From Vampirovibrio sp. (GTDB lineage Bacteria; Cyanobacteriota; Vampirovibrionia; Vampirovibrionales; JAJTHC01), in assembly GCA_024998755.1 (NCBI GenBank), contig JACEUU010000002.1:3511-67510 (forward strand): 64,000 nucleotides of DNA, read 5' to 3'. The notes under the pieces were generated by a model, which saw only the letters and a list, made by a program, of their open reading frames with translations, was not told where the DNA came from and did no database searches. Positions 55,378-64,000 of the stretch are shown here, piece by piece (the first letter of the stretch is position 1; every line of letters begins with the position of its first letter). The position numbers and the translations under genes are program-made.

Positions 55378-56460
55378 TACCAATTCCAAGTTTAAATAGC
55401 GTGTTGAATATAGGGGAAATAGGCGAACGATTTCACCCACGCTGTATTAGCCTCTACCCAGCGTAAAGCCTTCACTAAATGAGCTTCCACTGCATCCAAC
55501 GTCTCAAAATAAGCATTGCCAAAAAACCGAGTCCGAATACCCTTCCACAACTGCTCCACAGGGTTCAACTGCGGACTATACGGCGGTAAACAAACCAACC
55601 GAATGTTAGCAGGAACAACCAGCCCCCCACTTCTATGCCAACCTGCACCATCCAAAACAAGCACAATCTCATCTGCAGGGTAACGCTCACTTAATTCACG
55701 TAAGAATACGTTCATCCAATCCGTATCCGCATACGGAAGAATCAACGAAACACTCTCTCCCGTCTTGGGTTCCATGGTACTATACGCATAGAGGTATTGC
55801 CGTATATGTTGAGCTTCCACTACTGAACGTTCACCCTTGGGTAACCATACTTTACGAACTTGGCAAATTTTGCCAAACCTCGCCTCATCCTGAAAAAATA
55901 GCCGAACTGGCTTTTTTACTGTTTTTGTAACAGAGTTAACGAAGTCAGGAAGTTTTTTTGAAGAGGGTTTGAGCCTCATCATTATGGTTGGGATGCACTG
56001 GGCGAGGTACTTTTGCCTTCCAATCGTGGCGATTGAGCAGGTTGTAAACAGTTTGAAAGATGACGGGTCTGCCCACCAGTGCGTTGAGTGCCTGGTGTAA
56101 ATCGTAGATACCGACCTTACCTTTGTGGCGTTGTAGTAGGTCTATTTCGGCTTGTTTACTGGGTAGTAGGCTATTGCGTACAATCCCTTTTTTAGGATAG
56201 AGACTGTAAAGTCCGTGTTGTTGAACTTGGGCTTGAATGCGTTGGACGTGTCGAAAGCCGAAACCCGTATGTTGGGCTATTTCGGCTTGTGTTTTACCGT
56301 CGATTATTTTGAGTTTAATGCAGAGGAATCGGCGATAGGTTTTCTTGTCGGTGAAGGTTTTTTCAAAGGCGAGTACGTCTTCTTGGGTGATCATGATCAG
56401 AATCTTTCAAACAAACAATAATACCCCTCTATTATACGCTATTTAAACTTGGAATTGGTA
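55378..56460 (-). mobile_element. IS630-family element B, complete
   Basis: 25-bp ends TACCAATTCCAAGTTTAAATAGCGT; ORFs 55945-56394 and 55392-55982 (FQDEARFG, LDGAGWH, PPYSPQLNPVE) overlap at A7C. Confidence 0.93.
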
Positions 56461-56462
56461 TT

Positions 56463-56906
56463 ATAGCTTCAAACGCTTCAAACCATAGGCAGTTGGAGAT
56501 AGGCTGGTGCGAGCGTAGCGAAGCAGAGCATTTAGGGAGCCTCTTTTGCTTCCGCTCAAGCCTATTTTCAACGTACACGAAAGCCAATTAACCAGTTGTT
56601 CCCCTGGGGATTACAAAGGGGGTGGCGAGCAGCCCCTTTGTTTTGCGGGGGGTGTGGGGGGTGCTCAAACAGTACCCCCCATGAAGCCCTAGCCCGAAGC
56701 GATTAACCCGTCCGCATTTTGAAAAATAAAAAAGGTCAGGTGTTATAGCAATTCAAAGTTAGAATAGCGTATAGCTTTCTCTATGTAGGGGTGCGATTTA
56801 TCGCATCCGTTTAGGGCTTGTGGGACGGACTGATGCAACGCATAGACCGCTAGGGCTAATAAATCACGCCCCTACAAAAACACGCCATTTAATCTTTGAA
56901 TTGGTA
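56463..56906. repeat. Repeat R copy 3 (56463-56745) plus MITE M copy 3 (56746-56906)
   Basis: Near-identical to 54418-54852. Confidence 0.88.
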
Positions 56907-56950
56907 TGATTTGTTGGCTTCCACGTTAGAAAGAGGCTTGAGCGGAAGGC

Positions 56951-57883
56951 TATAGCTGTTCCAAAAGTTATTGAGCCATTTTAAAGGCTTGGTCAATGGC
57001 TTCATCTAAAGATAAGGTATCGGTTAGTAACCGACGAATTCTCGCCTTCAACGCCGACCAAAATCGCTCAATCGGATTCAAATCAGGACTGTAAGGCGGT
57101 AAAAACAACAACCGACAACCCGCAGATTCAATCAGCTGTTGAATCTCCCAAGATTTATGAAAACTCGCATTATCCCCAATGACCGTCATCCCCGCCGTTA
57201 AACTCGGTAACAACTCATGTTCAACCCACGTCAAAATAACCTCGGTATTACAATAGCCCTTAAAACACCACGGGGCTAATGGCTTTCCACCCTGTAACCC
57301 TGCTATAATAGAGGTACGTTCGGTGCGTTGACCACTAATTTCCTCCTGCACCCGTTCACCTTTAGGGGAACGACCATACAAGCGTTCAACGCTTCTACGG
57401 TCAACCCCACATTCATCCACAAACACAAGACTGGCGGGCGTTAGCGGTTCTATCTCCTGCTTATAAACTGTGCGTTTGGCTTCACTTCGTTCTCGGTAGA
57501 GCGTGCTTTTTTTTACGGCTAATGCCGAGTTTAATGAGGTTGTAGGAGATGGTGGATTTTTTAGAACCGAGCAAGAGAGCCAATTCGTCCAAATAGGCAC
57601 TGGGGTTGGCTTTTTGTATGGCGAGTAGTTGGTTTCTGTCGATGCTTGTTGCGGTGGTTGCCCCTGGTTTTTTGGGGATGAGACAGGTTCGTTTGACCCA
57701 TCGTTTGACGGTGGCGAGACTGACTTTGAATCGGATGACGGTGGCTTGTTGTGTTTCTTTTTCTTGATTGATGCAATCAACGACTCGTTGTCTTAAATCG
57801 ACGCTATATGCCATAGATGAATCCTCCTTTTTCGTGAACGTTATCCTCCTTATTATAGCTCAATAATTATTGGAACAGCTATA
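56951..57883 (-). mobile_element. IS630-family element A, copy 3
   Basis: Same translated ORFs as copy 1; abuts element B at an internal TA. Confidence 0.95.
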
Positions 57884-58735
57884 GCAGGAACAACCAGCCC
57901 CCCACTTCTATGCCAACCTGCACCATCCAAAACAAGCACAATCTCATCTGCAGGGTAACGCTCACTTAATTCACGTAAGAATACGTTCATCCAATCCGTA
58001 TCCGCATACGGAAGAATCAACGAAACACTCTCTCCCGTCTTGGGTTCCATGGTACTATACGCATAGAGGTATTGCCGTATATGTTGAGCTTCCACTACTG
58101 AACGTTCACCCTTGGGTAACCATACTTTACGAACTTGGCAAATTTTGCCAAACCTCGCCTCATCCTGAAAAAATAGCCGAACTGGCTTTTTTACTGTTTT
58201 TGTAACAGAGTTAACGAAGTCAGGAAGTTTTTTTGAAGAGGGTTTGAGCCTCATCATTATGGTTGGGATGCACTGGGCGAGGTACTTTTGCCTTCCAATC
58301 GTGGCGATTGAGCAGGTTGTAAACAGTTTGAAAGATGACGGGTCTGCCCACCAGTGCGTTGAGTGCCTGGTGTAAATCGTAGATACCGACCTTACCTTTG
58401 TGGCGTTGTAGTAGGTCTATTTCGGCTTGTTTACTGGGTAGTAGGCTATTGCGTACAATCCCTTTTTTAGGATAGAGACTGTAAAGTCCGTGTTGTTGAA
58501 CTTGGGCTTGAATGCGTTGGACGTGTCGAAAGCCGAAACCCGTATGTTGGGCTATTTCGGCTTGTGTTTTACCGTCGATTATTTTGAGTTTAATGCAGAG
58601 GAATCGGCGATAGGTTTTCTTGTCGGTGAAGGTTTTTTCAAAGGCGAGTACGTCTTCTTGGGTAATCATGATCAGAATCTTTCAAACAAACAATAATACC
58701 CCTCTATTATACGCTATTTAAACTTGGAATTGGTA
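57884..58735 (-). mobile_element. IS630-family element B, truncated copy
   Basis: Matches ~55609-56460; 3' part of the DDE ORF is absent. Confidence 0.92.
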
Positions 58736-58756
58736 TTAAAGTAATTATATCGTATT

Positions 58757-59962
58757 TTACAAACTGGCTTGGGCATGAAACCGTCCATGATGATGCTTCG
58801 AATGATGCGTAGAAGCCGTAGCATGGCTTCCTCCTTCAACTAAAGTGCCTTGCGAACGATTAACCGACGTTTTAGCCCCTATTGTTGGGTTGGCTACAAT
58901 TGTTGCTGTAACTGGTTTAAGAGGCGAAACAATGGGTTTTTTAGTTATGGTGGAGGCTCCTAAAACCGTTGCTAACGTTGCAACTTCACTCAGCCGTACT
59001 TGTTCCACATAAGAAGGTTGTTGGGTAGCCACGGCTTTCGTTGTGTTTGGTTTTTCTGTTGTGGGAGGCGTCGTTGTCGCTTCCGTAATACCCAAGAAAG
59101 TGGTATTAACCAGCAACGGACGCATAATGCCATAAGAAAGTAAATTAGAAATCATTACAAAGGCTAAAGAAAGCCCCGTTTTGTTATGGCCTTCATTAAG
59201 TGTGTTCCACGACCACTGCAACCCATCCGCGGTTTTATGTAAGCTTTTACCCACGGCTTGGTTTAGCCCTTTCCACCCTTCCGTTTTGGCTAGCCATTGT
59301 TCTGCCTGGTTGCGTACAACGTGGTTCTTTTTGCCCGCCAATGCAATGCCATCTACCAACGCAAAACTAGCTACAGCCTGCACACAATGAATAGCAGCTC
59401 CAACAACTTGCCGAGCAATTTCTTGGTTATTAAGCAGTTTTTCTTCTTTGGGAGTGATTTTTTTAGCTTTTTTTAGCTCTTTGTTAATCCAAATCGTCGT
59501 CATAATGGTAACGATAGTAGACGGTACATATTGCATAACAACGAAGGCTTGTAGCCATTTGTTTACTTCGGTTTTACCCCCCGTAATAGCATCTTTTATC
59601 TGCTGTTTTAAACTATCCACATAGGTATTGTTTTGAGTTAAGGGTCCGCCCACTTTTTGTTGTACGGTTTGCCAGATAGCATCTGCCGTTTGATGACTTT
59701 CTTGTTTTACACTGTTAAGTAAACTAATTAATTGGTCATCTGTCAAAGTGTGGTTAGGATGATTAACCAATAGCCATTCTTTAACTAGGTTAAGAATTTT
59801 CTTCGGGTTTTCTTCGGATTGTTCCAAGGCTTTTTTTAAGGGCGAATCTTCCGTTTTAGATGATTTTCCTGAACGCATACTAGCACCAGTAATAGAGGGT
59901 AAGCCCTGTTGATAGACCGATTTTCGGCTATTACTGTAGGGTGTTATCAATTGCATCATCAT
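58757..59962 (-). CDS. Hypothetical membrane-associated protein with His-rich tail
   Basis: About 400 aa from an ATGx3 run; several hydrophobic segments; HHSKHHHGRFH near the C-terminus. Confidence 0.72.
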   Translation of the reverse strand: MMMQLITPYSNSRKSVYQQGLPSITGASMRSGKSSKTEDSPLKKALEQSEENPKKILNLVKEWLLVNHPNHTLTDDQLISLLNSVKQESHQTADAIWQTVQQKVGGPLTQNNTYVDSLKQQIKDAITGGKTEVNKWLQAFVVMQYVPSTIVTIMTTIWINKELKKAKKITPKEEKLLNNQEIARQVVGAAIHCVQAVASFALVDGIALAGKKNHVVRNQAEQWLAKTEGWKGLNQAVGKSLHKTADGLQWSWNTLNEGHNKTGLSLAFVMISNLLSYGIMRPLLVNTTFLGITEATTTPPTTEKPNTTKAVATQQPSYVEQVRLSEVATLATVLGASTITKKPIVSPLKPVTATIVANPTIGAKTSVNRSQGTLVEGGSHATASTHHSKHHHGRFHAQASL

Positions 59963-60387
59963 AAGAAGGTTTTCCTCCGCTGGCATTACCCAGATCAGGT
60001 AGTAAGGGTCCGTTACACCGTTGTTTCAGTAACGCTCTCAGCCGACTGTCAGCAGAAAAACTATCAAAGTTTTCTGTCGGGCGTCAGCTCCCCATGGGGT
60101 TGTAAGTATCTATGTACCTAAAACCTTGTAAATAAAAAATAGAATCAAGAGAAATCCATAACCTATTCTATTAAAGGTAAAATACGGTCTACTATATATA
60201 GTATTTCTCATAGAATAAAAAATGAATGAGTTGATTGAATTTTATTATTGCAATTAAATTGCATTTGTATTATTGTTACTAAGGTTAGCTTTTTCATCTT
60301 TAAGCACACTTCTATCTGTTAATGGTTTTATCAAGGTAGATAGTTTTTCTTTTTCTCTCTTCTCACATTATTGGTTTTTTACATTGA

Positions 60388-62745
60388 ATGATAGTGTCTG
60401 CTTCTACTCCCCCCCTTACCACAAAACTTCATAAAGCTGCCGTAGAACGTCATCAACCTGCCCATGCTAAACCTCGTGGGGTTTCTACTAATGGTAGTGT
60501 GGAAATTCATCATGATACGCACGAAAAAGAAGCCCCAAAAACACCCGCTCAGCGAATTGCTGCCTTGGGTTCTGGTGTTTTACTGACAACCGCTATTACC
60601 TTATTAAGCCGTACTGAAGATAAAGCTTATCAACTCAATGAATTCGCCAAAAGAACCGTGGCAAAACGAGACAACGAAACCGTTCTATTTGATGCGGATA
60701 AAAAACGGATTGAAGGGCAAGCCAAACCCAAACCCAATGCTTTAAGAATCTACCCAGATACCCTGCTTAAAACAAAACCCGCTGCTTTATTAACCACTGA
60801 TGCAATTAGCTGGGTCAAATCGCTCGGGTTATTGGCGGGGGTTCAGGGTATTAATGCAGGTTTAGGCTTACATTTACCCCCCGTAATTAACGCCCTTGAA
60901 TTAGGTGCCGTTTCTCATGTGCTAATACCTGGCACGTTGGGTAGTAAAGTAGCCCACTTTATGACCATGGCACCGCTGTTGATAGGGTCTGTTGGGGTAA
61001 CGCAACTAGCCCATGGTGCAATAGACCCTACCGTGGATAAAGATGATAGCTTAACGAAAAACGAAAAACAACTGACAAAATCCCTACTCGGCATGGCGGT
61101 TTCTATTGGTATGGGGGTTGGTGCTATGGCTTTATTTCCTAGAATTCACATGGGGCTTTCGGGGTTGGATGTGAAGTTTCAGTCTAACAAAGTAACGGGG
61201 GCTAAAGCAGGCGAAAATTGGTATATTACTACGACTAAAACAGTTGATGGCTGGCAACATGCCACGGGTAAGGCATGGGAACAGCTTCAAACTAAGTTGC
61301 AAAATAAGTGGGAACGCACTTGGAAAAAAACTGCTGAAAGACCGCCGTTAAATAAGGAACCTTGGTTTGATAAAAATGCCTTCAAAACCCATGCCGAAGT
61401 ACCGTGGAGCAACCCTTATTTTTACGAAGAAAAACCTGAAGATAAGCTATTTGCCTTACAAAAAGCGTATAGCCAAACGTTAGAGGTATTGCCTGAACCG
61501 TATACTTGGCAAGAAAAAGCCCTACACTGGTTGAATGGCAAACAATCACCTGTAGCCAAAGCGATTTTGACTACCCGATGGCATGTTGCTAAACGAGAAG
61601 CCCAGTTCAATCAAGCGTTTCTAACCAATGGGGCGTTTCAACAGTTTGAACCCTTCTACAAACGAGACATAAACCACGTTATGGGCGATGGGCAGTATTA
61701 TCAAACGGCCAAACAGAAACTGATTAAAGCCTTAGAAGAATTAAGTACTCCGCAACAACCAGAACCAATCAGTGGAAATTCCCTACTGGGTGGTGGTACA
61801 GGGATGATAGGTCAAAGAAAACCCCGTATCTCTGAAGCAATAAACAACTTAGTTGTTGAACTGGCAAAAGAAGCCCCTACCCTATTAGAAGCACTTAAAC
61901 AGGGAAAATCTTCTAAACAAACGAGTCCCTTTTTACAAGAATATCTCTTGTTAAAACCTCATTTTGAAATCTTAAAAGCTCATTTTGAAAACTCGTCCGA
62001 TTCACAAATGTCAGCATCTGAAATAAAGTTATACACTTATCTAAATGCATTAACGCCGTTTTTTGATGCCAATAACAATGTTTCTAATGGGCTATTGCCT
62101 AAAATTACCTTGCTGGGTGAACAACTATATGATTGGCACAGTGCCAACCCCACCATTACGTTTTCAACCGATGCATCTTTGAATAAACAGCTCATTCAAC
62201 TAATTACGGCATTCAAAACCCGTAATGAAACCATGGGATCGGCGGATTTGTCGGCAGATTTAAGCACTGTTCAGCAGTATTATTTACCCATTACTGAACA
62301 ACTAGAAACTGCATTTCAAGCTTTTAGGAAAACCAAACCAGATTGTGTTGAGTGTGAAAATGAAAACACTAGAAGTGCTGAACTGAAACAGTTTTATGCT
62401 AGAGTCACTGAAACGCTGACCCCTCAATTAACAACTGGCAATAATGACAAAGCTGTTGCTAAGGCAAAAAAACAGGCAACAGAAATTGCTGACCAATTGG
62501 CGTTACTGCATGATAAAACCGAACATTTACGAGGGCACGTACCGGGGTCTGCACCGTTTTGGGCGATGACTGGGGCAGCCGCAGGGGCGGTTACCTGTGG
62601 TAGCGGGTGTTGTGCAGGTTCGTTCTTCTGCCTAAACGAAGCCACCGCTCTGTTTGGTAGCTTATTTGGGGCATTGGTCACCAAGCTGGGCTGGAATCAA
62701 TCGAAAGAAGAGTCAGAAAAGAAGAAACAGAAGGCTAAGGTTTAA
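60388..62745 (+). CDS. Large hypothetical membrane protein with C-terminal Cys cluster
   Basis: 785 aa; N-terminal hydrophobic bundle; TCGSGCCAGSFFCLNE. Confidence 0.78.
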   Translation: MIVSASTPPLTTKLHKAAVERHQPAHAKPRGVSTNGSVEIHHDTHEKEAPKTPAQRIAALGSGVLLTTAITLLSRTEDKAYQLNEFAKRTVAKRDNETVLFDADKKRIEGQAKPKPNALRIYPDTLLKTKPAALLTTDAISWVKSLGLLAGVQGINAGLGLHLPPVINALELGAVSHVLIPGTLGSKVAHFMTMAPLLIGSVGVTQLAHGAIDPTVDKDDSLTKNEKQLTKSLLGMAVSIGMGVGAMALFPRIHMGLSGLDVKFQSNKVTGAKAGENWYITTTKTVDGWQHATGKAWEQLQTKLQNKWERTWKKTAERPPLNKEPWFDKNAFKTHAEVPWSNPYFYEEKPEDKLFALQKAYSQTLEVLPEPYTWQEKALHWLNGKQSPVAKAILTTRWHVAKREAQFNQAFLTNGAFQQFEPFYKRDINHVMGDGQYYQTAKQKLIKALEELSTPQQPEPISGNSLLGGGTGMIGQRKPRISEAINNLVVELAKEAPTLLEALKQGKSSKQTSPFLQEYLLLKPHFEILKAHFENSSDSQMSASEIKLYTYLNALTPFFDANNNVSNGLLPKITLLGEQLYDWHSANPTITFSTDASLNKQLIQLITAFKTRNETMGSADLSADLSTVQQYYLPITEQLETAFQAFRKTKPDCVECENENTRSAELKQFYARVTETLTPQLTTGNNDKAVAKAKKQATEIADQLALLHDKTEHLRGHVPGSAPFWAMTGAAAGAVTCGSGCCAGSFFCLNEATALFGSLFGALVTKLGWNQSKEESEKKKQKAKV

Positions 62746-62746
62746 C

Positions 62747-64000
62747 CTAATCAGCTAAAGAATCTAAGGCTTCAGCAGTTTCCAATTCCTTACCCGCCAC
62801 AGACCGAGGCACTAACAGCCGGCGTGTTTCCGCTAACGATTCTTCCAATTCATCACTATCCAACAACCAATCGCCATCCAAATCATCTTGGTAAGCTTGG
62901 GCTTCATCTGCCAACGTTTTATCGGTTTGATAAGCTTCGGGGTGTTCTCGTTCATCAGGCTCAAAATCAAAAGCTTGGTCTCTAATTTCAATGGTATCGC
63001 CTACTTTAGCACCCATTTTCACCAATTTACGGAACACACCTAAGGCTTTTAGCACCATCAAAAACCGCATCAACGATTGCGGTACGCCCATATCCGTAAT
63101 TTCAATCCACCGATGAATCTTCCCGCCTTCAATAAAATAAGTACCCGCACTGGTCTTGGTAATTTGAAACGCCGAATCATCATGGTTGGTGGCACGGTCG
63201 CTTAAGCTTGGGTTGACAATCACGGCTTCAGGTTTAGGGGCTTTTTCCAGTTCTTCTAACAACGTGCGTTTAAAATCATCTAAATTCAATCGAGAAACGG
63301 CGGAAATAGTATAAATCTTCAGTTGAGGGTAAGCCTTGTTAAAGGTGGCTACTACTTCGGCAAGGTCTTCTTCATCCAACGCATCTTGCTTGGTTAAAAC
63401 CAGCAACTGAGGGCGTTTAATTAATTCAGCACTATAAGCTTTTAATTCTTGTTGAATGAGGTTATAATTGCCCAGCGGCGTACCACCATCGGTAGCTGTA
63501 GCATCTACTAAATGAACAATCAACCTTGTCCGCTCTACATGACGTAGGAAATCATGCCCTAAGCCAACACCTTGGTGTGCCCCTTCAATTAAACCGGGTA
63601 TATCAGCAATAACGATACCGTCGCCATTGGGTTTACGCATAACGCCCAAATTGGGAATCAGCGTGGTAAACGGGTAGTTAGCAATTTTAGGTTTAGCAGC
63701 AGAAACCACGCTAATGAGGGTTGATTTCCCTGCATTGGGCAAGCCCACCAAGCCAACATCTGCCAGTAGTTTTAGTTCCATTAATACATTTCTGATAATG
63801 GGTGGTTCGCCTGGTTCAGAGAAGTAAGGGGCTTTGTTTTTCGCTGTACTAAACCGAGCGTTACCTCTGCCACCACGCCCGCCTTGGGCAATCAGTTCTT
63901 TTTGCCCAGCGACAGATAAATCTGCAAAAATTTCGCCGGTTTCAGCGTCTTTTAGTACTGTGCCAATGGGTACTTTAATGACGAGTTCTTGACCGCCCCG
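62747..64000 (-). CDS. obgE: GTPase ObgE/CgtA (5' end outside window)
   Basis: Frame open to the window edge: VPIGT, GGRGGRGNARF, ELKLLADVGLVGLPNAGKST, YPFTT, DIPG, TKQD. Confidence 0.97.
   Translation of the reverse strand, partial: RGGQELVIKVPIGTVLKDAETGEIFADLSVAGQKELIAQGGRGGRGNARFSTAKNKAPYFSEPGEPPIIRNVLMELKLLADVGLVGLPNAGKSTLISVVSAAKPKIANYPFTTLIPNLGVMRKPNGDGIVIADIPGLIEGAHQGVGLGHDFLRHVERTRLIVHLVDATATDGGTPLGNYNLIQQELKAYSAELIKRPQLLVLTKQDALDEEDLAEVVATFNKAYPQLKIYTISAVSRLNLDDFKRTLLEELEKAPKPEAVIVNPSLSDRATNHDDSAFQITKTSAGTYFIEGGKIHRWIEITDMGVPQSLMRFLMVLKALGVFRKLVKMGAKVGDTIEIRDQAFDFEPDEREHPEAYQTDKTLADEAQAYQDDLDGDWLLDSDELEESLAETRRLLVPRSVAGKELETAEALDSLAD

Overview
A low-to-mid GC bacterial chromosome segment, most consistent with a non-photosynthetic cyanobacterial relative (Vampirovibrionia/Melainabacteria). 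That assignment is an inference from efp-accB synteny, a stand-alone atpD-atpC pair, futalosine-pathway genes and a Rieske/cytochrome b/cytochrome-c-fused bd-like operon. Housekeeping genes include asnS (3' part), selO, rdgB, yajQ, atpD/atpC, smpB, a Xer recombinase, tRNA-Thr(CGT), gyrA, proB, mqnE/mqnA, efp, accB, bolA, hemE, lpdA and obgE (3' part). They are interspersed with lineage-specific orphan proteins and a dense mobilome of IS630, IS5 fragments, MITEs and REP-like palindromes. Top signals: (1) an IS110 element (5893-7015) whose bridge-RNA-like leader can be read by eye, with four guide segments matching its own junctions around a duplicated CT core; (2) tandem ATG runs (3-5 codons) at the starts of seven unrelated genes, three sharing ATGATGATGATGGC; (3) short non-autonomous elements that combine IS630- or IS5-type ends with different palindromic cargo; (4) a structured ~270 bp repeat with compensatory changes that flanks lpdA. 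All calls were made by eye from motifs; no searches or folding software were run.
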